Assembly: GCA_013336275.1 (NCBI GenBank)
Contig: JAAXUA010000002.1
Location: 193,904 to 252,171, forward strand
Direction of reading: 5' to 3'
DNA from: Candidatus Falkowbacteria bacterium
Lineage (GTDB): Bacteria > Patescibacteriota > Patescibacteriia > Patescibacteriales > GWE2-39-37
DNA: 58,268 bases
Positions 18,301 through 25,629 of this stretch are shown here, in pieces. The notes beneath the pieces were generated by a model. The model ran no database searches and had not been told where the DNA came from. It saw only the letters and a program-made list of their open reading frames with translations. Both the position numbers and the translations under genes were made by a program. Numbering within the stretch: the first letter of the stretch is position 1; each line of letters opens with the position of its first letter.

Positions 18301-21300
18301 GACTAACTTCGCTCAGATGCCTTTCGACATCGCTTTCTATAAATATTATAGAGGGGTTGTCGTTTGGAACGCCGCCGCCTCGACGACGCCTAAATATCGT
18401 ATCCTAAACTCGACCACGAACACGATTGACGCGGTCAATACGGCCGTGCAAGGAGCGACCTCTTCAGTCTGGACCCGCGTCAAGCTGTACAAGGACCCGA
18501 ATGAGATCGAGCTCCTGGCAGCTTTCCAAAGCACGAATATCAATTACGGAGCAGTTTTCTTCAATGGAGCCGCCAATCAATTCTATAGTGCCGGCAATCA
18601 GGCCTGGCTCAATGTCGCCACCAACACCGGTGCCTTCAGCGCGAACGATGCTGCAGTCTCCTTCACCTATACCGCCGGAAATTCGGCACCGAACACGCCG
18701 ACAGCTTTACTGCAGCAGCGCAGCGACGCCAGCACCACGATTGCCAATGGCAATTGGACCAACCAGAATCAAGTCTATGTAGGCGCAAGCGCCATAGATC
18801 CGGATACTAGTGAAGTCATCACGCTCTACACCCAGCTAGTCGCCAATGCTTCCGCTTTTGCCACCAGTACGGCCTTGCCTTCAGGCGCCTGCGTTTGGGG
18901 CACTGCCTATGGCTCATGTGCCTCCAAGATCTGGTTCGTGGCCTCAAGCTCACCTGGTGATTATAGCGTTACGCCTTATTCCAACAAGGTGAATATCACC
19001 GGCTTGCCTGACTCCGCAACCGGCTACAAATGGCAGGTAATCGCATGCGATGATTCTTTGTCGACAACCACGGCTTGTTCCAATTGGGTCGCATTCAACT
19101 CCACTCAACCTAATTTCAAGGTCGATACGACAGCCCCGACGGCGCCTGGCGCTTTGACGATCGCCTCGAAGAACAGCAATAGCGTCACTTTGCGTCTGGG
19201 TGCTACTACGACCGAGTCAAACTTCTCCTCATACCGCATTTATTACAAGGCAGGGGCTTCCGGCGCGACCGAAGCCGATACCTTGCAGAGCGACGCCAAT
19301 CTCGGATTCATAAATTACAACGGCGCGACGACGAGCTTAGTGATCAACCTGGCTTCCACCACGCAATATGTCTTCAATATCTGGGCGTATGATCTGGCCG
19401 GTAACAAGGCGACGGCCACGCCGGAGGTCTCAACTACGACCAGTGTCGGTCCGATTATGGCCCAGACCTCATATATCTTCGAGAATGATGATGGCGCCAA
19501 TGTCAATTCCAATTCTTCGGCCGCAGCGGCTTCGACGAGTTTGGCTAACCTGAATAAGGGAGAGCGTTTCGATGCCCGCATCCAGATTGAGAATCGCGGC
19601 GGCGACGTCGCTAGCAACAAAGTTTATAAACTGCAATTCGAGAACCAGACCGATGCGCCAGGAACTTGGGCTGATGTCTCTAATAATTCCGGCATCGCTT
19701 ATGGTCTGGGCATCTCCGGCAACGATGGCGATGCCGTCACCTCCGCCAAGGCTAGCGCTAACGCCAATGCATGGGTCAATGGAACTTGGCACGAGGGAAC
19801 GAATCTCACCTCAGCCAAGACCTTGGCCAACGGCCAGTATACAGAACTCGTCTTCGCCTTGCGCACCAATAACGCGCTCACTGGCAAGACTTACCGGCTG
19901 CGCCTCTACAACAGTACGGATAATAAAGTTTTGGAAGTTTACAATAATTATCCTGCCGTTTCGATCGTGGCTAGCGAAACAGTCAGGCACTCGAAAGGGA
20001 ACTACCCCAGTCTGCCGACCGGAACGACGGACCTTACCTACTATCTCGACCCCAAAGGCTACGGCGATGTGGCTGCGGATGATAATTCCAACCGTGATCC
20101 GTTGACCGTTACAGCCCAATATCCGATCTTCTACTTCGTGACCAAGAATTCGACCAACACCCAGGCCATTACCGCAACTTGGAACGGCCAGTCATCGATA
20201 TCTTCGGTTGGATCCAACATGTATCTCCAGGTTTATCGTTTCGGTACGACTAATGCCTGGGTGACGGTCGACCTGGAAACGACCTTCTCTGCCAATACGG
20301 ACTTTACGATGACGGCTTCCTTGAATTCCAGACTGTCAGAATATTATGACGGTTCGAACTGGACCTACTGGCGCGTCTATCAAGATGCTGGCACCGAGAC
20401 TCTGCGTACGGATTATTTCAATGCGACTTTCTCGGCTCCGGTTGCCGATACCTGGCAGAAACATTACCGTTGGCGCTCCAATTTCGGCAACGAGACAACG
20501 GCTTTCTGGCTTGAAGCCGAAGATGTGGGAAGTCCGACCGCTTCAACCTCGCTCCAAAAGAACGTAACGACCCGCCTAAGGCTATCGGCGGCCAATACTG
20601 GAGGCGGAGCTGCAAATCAGCAGTACCAGATACAATACGCGACTACGACCGGCAACTGCGCTAGCGACCCTGGCGGCTGGGCGACGATTCCGACCTCGAC
20701 AACCCTAGCCTTCCGCATGTCCACGACCACGACCATCAATAATGGTTCAAGCACCACGCAGCAGCTGGCTAATGCCGAGGGTTACACCTTCGTTCCAGGC
20801 CGCTTAGTCAAGGACCCGTCAAATAAGGCCACGACCACGACGCTTGCCGAATCGAGGTATACGGAAATAGAATTCGCCTTCTTCGCCACCAACAATGCCG
20901 TGGATAACACCACTTATTGCTTCAGGATGACGGACAATGGAACGCCGCTCAATCATTATGACCGCTATGCCGAATTAACCGTCAATCCGAACGCCAACGC
21001 GGCTCCGACTTTCGTAGTCGACCCTTCAGATAACGGCTCAGCTACCAACACGCCGACAAATTTCGGCGGCCAAATCGCCTTTGCTGCCACAGGCGAAGAT
21101 ACGGACAACGATAGCTACTACCTGGCAATCTGTCAGACTAACAGCGTTGCTCCTGGGAACGATGCCCCGCCGACCTGCGGTGGCGGCAGCTGGTGCATTT
21201 CAAGCTTGGCCTCCAGCACGCAGGAGGCGACTTGCAGCTACACGGCCGCCACCTCGAGCGAATCATCGGCTTGGTACGGTTTTGCCTGCGATAAGAAGGC

Positions 21301-22555
21301 TGGCGTCGGTGTCGGCCGTTGCTCAACCGTTTCCCAAGGCAACTGGGGCAATGAGGATGACTCACCGTTCGCCATCAATCACCCCCCGACTTTCACCAGC
21401 GTTTCGACCCTGGTAGATAATCAGAACCCCGGTTCGAGCTTTACCATTACCACGGTCTCGCAAGACACTGACTCTTTGGGCGGTGCCGACACCCTATCTT
21501 TGTTCGTCTGTTCGACCAGCACCGCTACCTTCTCCGGCTGCGCCGGCGGGGCAGGCAACACGGTCTGCTCGGCCGTGGCCACCAGCTCGCCCAACGCCAG
21601 ATGCAGCTTTACCGACGTGGCGCCGACTCCGGCCGGACCGAAAACTTACTACGGCTTCCTCTTCGATAATCATGACATGGCCGCGGCCGCCAATTATCGC
21701 ACGAACACCTATACCATCAATAACGTCTCGCCAGTCTTGGGTAGCCTGGTCTTGAATAGCAGTACGAATATTACCTTGAATAGCAAGGGAGCAGGTGACA
21801 AGTCTGTTTCGACAATCAACACCTCGATCGTTGATCAGAACGGCTGCGCCACCGGGTTAGTCAGTGCCACGGCTGTTATCTATATGTCCAACGCCACTAA
21901 TGGTTCGAACTGCACAGCTAACGACAACGATTGCTATCAGATTACGACCGGCAATTGCGTCAAGAGCGATTGCACTGACGATAATGATACGACTGCCACG
22001 TATACGTGCACGGCAGGTTTCAAGCATTTCGCTATCCCGACCGATGATGGAGCTACGGGCAACCCTTGGCAGCCTTATAACTGGCTTTCTAGGTTGCAGG
22101 TTTATGATGGGGTCAACTATGCTGCAACCAGCTCGCCAGGAGTAGAGGTCCTTGCAAGCCAGGTCCTTGATGTATCCGAGTCGGCAATCGATTATGGCAA
22201 CAACCTTTTTGCCGGAGACGATACAGGCACTTCAAGCAGGGCTACTACGGTAATCAACTATGGCAACTCGCCCATAAATACGGATCTTTCTGGCACCGAT
22301 ATGGTGGGCGCTCCGACCGGAACTTTAGCTGTTACGCAACAGAAATGGTCGCTAACTCAGAATTTCAACTATCCTGTCGGAACTTCACTTACGAACGTCG
22401 ACCAGACGGTCAACGTCAATTTGCTTAAGCCGACCACCACGGCCGACGTATCAAAAAAGATCTATTGGGGCATCGGCATCCCGTTCGGGGCTGAGTCATC
22501 GGCCTATACCGGATCGAATATCTTTACCGCCATACTCGATGCGCTTAACTGGTAA
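9323..22555 (+). CDS. Giant (4410 aa) secreted repeat adhesin: N-terminal MG2-like module, 5 FN3-like repeats, other Ig-like repeats, C-terminal Cys-rich and WxL/pilin-like module
   Basis: Single uninterrupted ORF; signal peptide ending AEA; five copies of xPxxPGxL...YxIxYxxx...YxFxIWAYD.xG; C-terminal ~520 aa aligns with 27586-29319. Confidence 0.9.
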   Translation: MLVTFEKNKNLLFRILVVFVLISASFCLFQVASRPAEAQNQTGQTSRLNIFPGSFDPVDDQSGLAWKKIGNAFVNDLSENADLGEYNQDNSALIMSSMTGLGSSVDTPVPTSSAPVESAEPQEVPSAEPEAAPDGGQQPASETEAPSLEKEKTGEEISEPEAALPTEQVESAVEPPASAEPLSRLIKGFFGSLLPDFFSGLEDAGVSVTALAANFSKLDTASAQDVEEVTVPGVAATSTPDATPPAMAYAAHDMILKDFSLPDGFSSSTIANVQLRLSLAAQSSVEEDRLKIYYTLDENWEEMGLLDLGDQLSNQSNNGYFLFGLPIFESWEKLGKLRIKVSYLEARTGDEQRTVEAFIDGAWLEVDYDGTDKASIKSDPGQDDEAAAKNSDEFTLDLISGKDNFKTADNPEFNFLYQRKQGFIGKTISEVLGTFWDQYGGIEIEAAIIDAGGKRTPVETSLDYLADGEFRIRLKNQMRYVRPGKYSIELKISDGDKSYVQTQDFSWGVLAINASKSVYVPGETAFLQMAALDDFGNTICDADLFLEVTAPDGGVAYLNTGNDLVVRNSACGPNNVIDTPDYFAHYGVGGAGVYQLKLIARTPNGNKEITDSFEVRDAVPFDVERVGPTRIYPLADYKMRINIRANEDYAGDISEVVPGPFKIVSQELLLNGSPLGQGGRLDVTNDGHDGSVMTWRNIRLKQYDSLSIVYEFDAPDISPEFYLLGPLSIGNFTEARKWQIASDAVSVVLATAGSGVNWTNAANAWNGTNNTYASRDIPQGGANDSANYLKATANSATDLGGTITQVEIGVEGYVERTTVSAWLRPLLNGTATGTPQQIPGTTLTTADTGATFYVDITSASSSWTWANIQNLDVLVHGSSSAAQNRFLYIDQISIRVTYTPPNSVPTGLINSAIQKTDGSGKVDFAFNVSDADGDTSKAKIEYVAGSNCDFASPGDPTIDAATTATFGAPVVDNSSAYQVGTTTGWILTASGTNTVNVDWNSKTDIPTGDGVYCMRLTANDKSDDQTSPATTTVTIDNMAPTAPGQLAATTSPAGNGALLSFGATSTDSNFSEYKIYYKVGSSGVTENDQVFDKDLDGDLDYANYNSATSTTIDDLAPLTTYVFSIWAYDQYGNKSSSSEVTLTTGKAAPLRANSVIFLAGQYSSSDGATGQQSDTDQTLPAFDFKLAETGAKIKNAYLVFEGHFESYANNAGSYTSHKLAFDACQQPCTANAFTGTGNISLTDSTVLAYDETGSNQVRLVLDVTNEAQLAAYSGNGSLLSGQVGYSINRGTAINSISAAKATLAVTYQYDEDDTDSYTNTVVYPLESTVAGDQGTRRAVQADDCTVDSTCPIFAYNMDIPEFGEKLSQWFQTYNQNDGNSTADMNSNVNIQGTNFDSNTYVHESALGGTQGGSPVIYFYDVNGYAESTAQQLEYHATSPGATLTYYLLGGEVVETYVASTSAATKTRTAVIPVGVVNNGLTTTKTGATSTMYFPENGQSTGVVSIKKAWFRIITNNYNTAANTVTVSTKVGTRAETAGSVYNYNQAGTSIKPSFNIIHVIPSADYAELQSANATTPKAVSVYTQNSIGTSHGGTSVELVITYSYTTEVFGHLSSLSLTAGQTNVNGNSQNATTSVARFFAPEAPNSKTLISGGLLASYLLSASNGTMPGAGLTIDANISTGTPTCTNAYNSRPDSVNAFTEFYKDVTSRLSVTNNQRYIACYSNDGGANATAGGKMNGILRYVYRYDAPPVQYRQGDWRWYDNANSLAPGPARGGEKATTTGVNLSDVVRLRLNVGSLAETAVTSSQSFRLQYGLGSNCSAIVSWSDVGTTTSASPWRSYNNTNVADGSSTASALLSTSNKFETYEEDNPTSLNPQGLDEGEYGEWDWVLYNNSATSSSDYCFRMTKSDGTILTDYGSYPVLTTAASNTAPNLPDNLIQYLGAAGTTTIANQAWINQTTIRLLSDATDVNINESIGLYYELITDGTAFRSSTVRPTSTCAYGTTFAACASKVWAATSTLGDYRYSAFVATTSITALPQDYNGYKWQVIACDDSAACSLWNKYGPNPNFRIDLTAPTAPGSLTLNSRSVTSITLNFGASTTEANFDRYRIYYKKATTTVSESDTQHSDSDLDYINYNGTATTTVTSLTAGSTYVFNIWAYDLAGNKTSSTQVLVASTTSSFTPPSGSIITTAQKTDGSGAIDFTISAQDPDNDDTLRAKIDYVAGVGCDFSSPSKATIDTADANTTATYGDPKVDQAATYQVGTTSGWIVTSLGNNFVLFDWLSKSDIPNINATYCVRLTINDGLFDQATSSTKLILIDNIDPANPGNLSQISKNHNSVRLGFGAPSSDTNFYRYRLFYSTSSPVTEAGSEQADGNLNNVGYNGATTTLVTGLLPDTQYYFKIWAYDDYGNKASSSQLAIRTNAYPYSLAVGGQTQSNNSAIANGAWTPENQIKLFGSAKDPDTSEVLTLYFEFLPNASSFKTATTVPVGACAYGTAYNSCASKIWFVSSSSPADYSVNPFSATTSITGIPDSVSGYKWQVLACDDDGSCTSWQIFNAVTPNVKVDTTPPTAPGALTFNSKTSTEVTLAFGSSTSETNFSQYRIFYSTSTPVTATSSEQTDANLDFINYNGATLTTVPNLSPNTQYYFNIWAYDLAGLYATSTEVAVTTNPTVSTPGVYFYTKNTRVLFYRVWSGISWGAEQSGPTLGSAAGDNIRHIDSIRSDDGGKVAVLVKTWDGTNQEWWGTVYRVAANNFATSSILGAAQNNATTNNLITGCMGSLSSGEFFVVRNNNAANGTLVYSWSATGGWVAEGAGPNPVAVLTGCQLTRRPSSDNYLLTTFDNAVDLGSAYYTGTSTYSNSWTTWNEHSTNENNVNNFVGESFFDPGDNTRGAINYSNSAVNTYTNAKNFLADGSSISYGSASTSPQTAPDNWGGAFVQGKFSADFGSIGLAYFAGRDASDQLNVYKVDITNGTPDWSTVTNGDNISTSTLYNETNFAQMPFDIAFYKYYRGVVVWNAAASTTPKYRILNSTTNTIDAVNTAVQGATSSVWTRVKLYKDPNEIELLAAFQSTNINYGAVFFNGAANQFYSAGNQAWLNVATNTGAFSANDAAVSFTYTAGNSAPNTPTALLQQRSDASTTIANGNWTNQNQVYVGASAIDPDTSEVITLYTQLVANASAFATSTALPSGACVWGTAYGSCASKIWFVASSSPGDYSVTPYSNKVNITGLPDSATGYKWQVIACDDSLSTTTACSNWVAFNSTQPNFKVDTTAPTAPGALTIASKNSNSVTLRLGATTTESNFSSYRIYYKAGASGATEADTLQSDANLGFINYNGATTSLVINLASTTQYVFNIWAYDLAGNKATATPEVSTTTSVGPIMAQTSYIFENDDGANVNSNSSAAAASTSLANLNKGERFDARIQIENRGGDVASNKVYKLQFENQTDAPGTWADVSNNSGIAYGLGISGNDGDAVTSAKASANANAWVNGTWHEGTNLTSAKTLANGQYTELVFALRTNNALTGKTYRLRLYNSTDNKVLEVYNNYPAVSIVASETVRHSKGNYPSLPTGTTDLTYYLDPKGYGDVAADDNSNRDPLTVTAQYPIFYFVTKNSTNTQAITATWNGQSSISSVGSNMYLQVYRFGTTNAWVTVDLETTFSANTDFTMTASLNSRLSEYYDGSNWTYWRVYQDAGTETLRTDYFNATFSAPVADTWQKHYRWRSNFGNETTAFWLEAEDVGSPTASTSLQKNVTTRLRLSAANTGGGAANQQYQIQYATTTGNCASDPGGWATIPTSTTLAFRMSTTTTINNGSSTTQQLANAEGYTFVPGRLVKDPSNKATTTTLAESRYTEIEFAFFATNNAVDNTTYCFRMTDNGTPLNHYDRYAELTVNPNANAAPTFVVDPSDNGSATNTPTNFGGQIAFAATGEDTDNDSYYLAICQTNSVAPGNDAPPTCGGGSWCISSLASSTQEATCSYTAATSSESSAWYGFACDKKAGVGVGRCSTVSQGNWGNEDDSPFAINHPPTFTSVSTLVDNQNPGSSFTITTVSQDTDSLGGADTLSLFVCSTSTATFSGCAGGAGNTVCSAVATSSPNARCSFTDVAPTPAGPKTYYGFLFDNHDMAAAANYRTNTYTINNVSPVLGSLVLNSSTNITLNSKGAGDKSVSTINTSIVDQNGCATGLVSATAVIYMSNATNGSNCTANDNDCYQITTGNCVKSDCTDDNDTTATYTCTAGFKHFAIPTDDGATGNPWQPYNWLSRLQVYDGVNYAATSSPGVEVLASQVLDVSESAIDYGNNLFAGDDTGTSSRATTVINYGNSPINTDLSGTDMVGAPTGTLAVTQQKWSLTQNFNYPVGTSLTNVDQTVNVNLLKPTTTADVSKKIYWGIGIPFGAESSAYTGSNIFTAILDALNW
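12055..21000 (+). repeat. Dispersed domain repeats in the giant protein: 5 FN3, 3 Cys-Ig (YKWQVxACDD), 2 QKTDGSG-Ig and 3 YTE/YCFR-type domains
   Basis: FN3 at ~12440, 15540, 16280, 17025, 19130; YKWQV(I/L)ACDD units at ~15170, 16640, 18740; QKTDGSG units at ~12055, 15890; YxFRM/L units at ~14575, 19455, 20450 (boundaries approximate). Confidence 0.8.
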
Positions 22556-22651
22556 CCGTAAATTTTATCGGTTTGCTATATTTGTGTTATAATATCTGAG
22601 TACCAAGCATGCCGGACTGAGCCGGCCGATTCGAGATAAACTACATCATCA

Positions 22652-24277
22652 ATGCCCAAGAATCGCCAATTAATATTGAACGTGATCATGCTGTCCGCCG
22701 CCTTAGTGGCAGTTGTTTGGACTAGCTATGATTATCTATATCCGTTATTCGGGCCAGGCAAGGTCTTTTTCAAGGCGGCAGCGGCAGCGGATGAAGCTTT
22801 GGCAGACAAAACGCCGCCTCAGATCAGCGATATCGCGGTGGCAGACGTTTCGCCGACCTCAACCACCATCACTTGGAAGACCGACAAGGAAGCTGACTCG
22901 CTAGTCAATTTCAATATCAGCCGGGATTACGGCATTACCCGCGATTCGGCCCTGGTCAAGGAACATCGGCTGGTCATCCCGGAGCTGAATCCGTCCCAGC
23001 AATACTATTACCGCATCATCGCCGTTGATAAGAATGGCAACCAGAATATCTCAAATGATTTTGTCTTCACGACCAAAGACCTTGAGACCAAGACGACTAC
23101 GCCAGTGACGCCGCCAGAGACCCAGACGCCCACCGAAACGCCGGAGCAGAATCTCGGCCCGGGCAACGGCGCCGGCGAAGGAGGCGGTTACAAGGATCCG
23201 CCCCAGGACGAGACCCAGGTGGTTAGAGAAACCATGAATTTGCTCGAGCAGCTTGACAGCGAAGAGAGCCTGTCTTTGATCGAGTCGAAAATCCAGCAGG
23301 TGGCCGAGGAAAAAGCCAAACCCCCGGTCATCACCGGCGACTTCGCCAAAGTCGAGGTGGGCACTGATTTCGCCAAGATCACTTGGAAGACCGACAAGGA
23401 ATCGGACTCGATCGTGGCCTTGGCCGCCGAAAGCGAGTACGCCCCGAACGCAGCCAACCCTTATCGCTGGAAAGAGGGCGAACCGAATCAGATGGTGCTG
23501 GTCCACGAAGTCATGGTCAACGGATTGCGCCCGGCCACGACCTATCATTATCAGGTCACTTCCAAGTCGAGCTTGGGCCTTGAAGGCGTCAGTGAAGACA
23601 ACACGTTCAAGACCAAGTCGATCATGCCGGAAATTTTCAATATCACCATCAGCAAAGTCCAGGAGGATTCGGCTACGATCGATTTCAATACTAACGTGCC
23701 CTGTTCTTCGATCGTAGAGTATACCGACTTGAGCACTAATGTCACTAAGCTTGAAGGCAGCACGGCCGTAGTCAATACCCATTCGATCCAGCTGAAGAAC
23801 CTGAAATTCGACAGTTATTATTCAGCTGTCATCAAGGTAGAGAACGAGCAGGGAGAAAAGGTCGTTTCCCAGCCGATCACCTTCACCACCATCAAGGATA
23901 TCCAGCCGCCCGTCATTTCGAAGGTCAACACCGAGTCCACGCTTTACCCCGGCACCGACAACAAGACGCAGACCATTATCAGCTGGCGGACCGACGAAGG
24001 GTCGATGTGCCAATTCTTTTACGGCCAGGGCCTGGCCTCAAGCAAGGACGCCAGCACTTTGGCCAAAGAAGAAGATTACATTACCAATCACGTCCAGGTG
24101 GTGACTGAGTTCCAGCCAGCCACGGTCTATAAATTCTGGATCGAGTGTTATGACAGGACCAAGAATAGGGCGAAATCCGAAGACTATACCATGTTGACGC
24201 CTACACGTGAGCAAAGCATCTTGGATTTGATCATCAAGAATTTCGAAGGCACCTTCGGCTGGCTTAAAAAGAAATAA
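22652..24277 (+). CDS. Membrane-anchored FN3 (purple-acid-phosphatase N-term-like) repeat protein
   Basis: N-terminal TM; repeated ITWKTDKEADS/SDS...H..V..L.P...Y.Y motifs; amphipathic C-terminus SILDLIIKNFEGTFGWLKKK. Confidence 0.8.
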   Translation: MPKNRQLILNVIMLSAALVAVVWTSYDYLYPLFGPGKVFFKAAAAADEALADKTPPQISDIAVADVSPTSTTITWKTDKEADSLVNFNISRDYGITRDSALVKEHRLVIPELNPSQQYYYRIIAVDKNGNQNISNDFVFTTKDLETKTTTPVTPPETQTPTETPEQNLGPGNGAGEGGGYKDPPQDETQVVRETMNLLEQLDSEESLSLIESKIQQVAEEKAKPPVITGDFAKVEVGTDFAKITWKTDKESDSIVALAAESEYAPNAANPYRWKEGEPNQMVLVHEVMVNGLRPATTYHYQVTSKSSLGLEGVSEDNTFKTKSIMPEIFNITISKVQEDSATIDFNTNVPCSSIVEYTDLSTNVTKLEGSTAVVNTHSIQLKNLKFDSYYSAVIKVENEQGEKVVSQPITFTTIKDIQPPVISKVNTESTLYPGTDNKTQTIISWRTDEGSMCQFFYGQGLASSKDASTLAKEEDYITNHVQVVTEFQPATVYKFWIECYDRTKNRAKSEDYTMLTPTREQSILDLIIKNFEGTFGWLKKK

Positions 24278-24281
24278 GAAT

Positions 24282-25610
24282 ATGATCGAACCGCTAATCC
24301 GCATCAAAAACATGAGCGTGATCTATAACAAGGGCAAGGAAAATGAATTCCGTGCCGCTGATAACACGAGCATGGAAATCTACCCGGGCGAGTACATCAT
24401 TTTTTTCGGCCCGTCCGGCTGCGGCAAATCGACCACGCTTTATACTATTTTGGGCGTGCTGCCGCCGACCGAGGGGGTGGTCATGGTCAAAGGCGAAAAC
24501 CCCTACGCCTACACCGCGGAAGAGCTGGTGCATTATCAGACTTCCGTCATTGGCATCATGTACCAAGCCTTTTATCTCATACCGTCTTTGACCATCGCCG
24601 ATAACGTGACCTTGCCGCTGATTTTCAAAGGCGTGCATCCCAGTGTCAGGAAAAAACGCGCCCAGGAGCTTTTGGACCGCTTCGGTGTGGGCAAACACGG
24701 CCATAAGCTGCCCGAAGCCTTGTCCGGCGGCCAAACCCAAAGAGTCTCGGTCGCCCGCGCTTTCGTCAACGACCCGGAAATCCTCCTGGCCGACGAGCCG
24801 GTCGGAAATTTGGACTCGATCTCGGCCGGACAGGTTATGGATACGCTGAATACGATCAACCAGAAAGACAAGAAGACCATCATCCTAGTTACCCATGATG
24901 CCAAATATCTGCCCTACGCGCACCGCGTGATTTATATCAAAGACGGCCGAGTGGTACGTATCGTGCCAAACCCGGAAAAGAAGCAGATCGCCCGCGTGGA
25001 TCAGCAGAAGAACCTGATTACGGAGATGGAGCAGCTGGTCAAGGTTCATCCGTATCTGTCACCGAGCGAGCTTAAGGTGAAGAGCATCATCAATTATCTG
25101 ACTCAAGATTTCACCTTCGAGCAGCTGCAGCGCTTGGAAGATATTTCCAAGCTGATGATCGATGGCAAGATGAATGCGGAGAATTTCAATGCGCTCCTGG
25201 TCAAGGAATTCAAAGACGGCGGCGTCGGGGTCAAGCCGGGGTTGGCCGAGGTCATGACCGAAAAGATCGAGAAGATTCTGGCTCAGTCCAAGGATATCCG
25301 CCGTTATCGCCGGCGCTTGGAACGCAACAATTTTTTCGACACCGATAAGGACCTGATCAATAAGCTGGCCAAGTACATGATGGACGAATACGGCCACGCC
25401 ATTACGGTTATGCAAAAGAAACGCCTCAAGGAAACGGTTTATAACCGCGTAGCTGGACTGAAAAAGATGGATGAATTCTTGGAATCCTTGATGGCGCCGC
25501 TCGACCAAGGCGGTCTCGGCTTCGATAAGGATATGGCCAATCGACTGACCCAATATTTCGAGAAGCTGCTGATACAAGGCTTGGAGACCGAAGAAAAAGG
25601 AGAACATTAG
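24282..25610 (+). CDS. MacB/LolD/FtsE-like ABC ATPase with a ~210-aa C-terminal extension
   Basis: Walker A GPSGCGKST, signature LSGGQTQRV, Walker B LLADEPVGNLD, H-loop VTHD. Confidence 0.9.
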   Translation: MIEPLIRIKNMSVIYNKGKENEFRAADNTSMEIYPGEYIIFFGPSGCGKSTTLYTILGVLPPTEGVVMVKGENPYAYTAEELVHYQTSVIGIMYQAFYLIPSLTIADNVTLPLIFKGVHPSVRKKRAQELLDRFGVGKHGHKLPEALSGGQTQRVSVARAFVNDPEILLADEPVGNLDSISAGQVMDTLNTINQKDKKTIILVTHDAKYLPYAHRVIYIKDGRVVRIVPNPEKKQIARVDQQKNLITEMEQLVKVHPYLSPSELKVKSIINYLTQDFTFEQLQRLEDISKLMIDGKMNAENFNALLVKEFKDGGVGVKPGLAEVMTEKIEKILAQSKDIRRYRRRLERNNFFDTDKDLINKLAKYMMDEYGHAITVMQKKRLKETVYNRVAGLKKMDEFLESLMAPLDQGGLGFDKDMANRLTQYFEKLLIQGLETEEKGEH

Positions 25611-25629
25611 CTTATAGATATCAATATAT

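Noticed and set aside
12055-21000. CRISPR array or mobile-element repeats
   Set aside because: The repeats are long, diverged, in-frame protein domains with no identical short repeat-spacer pattern. No cas, transposase or integrase genes were seen.
9603-22145. Many overlapping or antisense ORFs within the giant gene, and similar shadows across the window
   Set aside because: They are explained by GC3-biased codon usage and low-complexity repeats of the real frame; no recognisable motifs.
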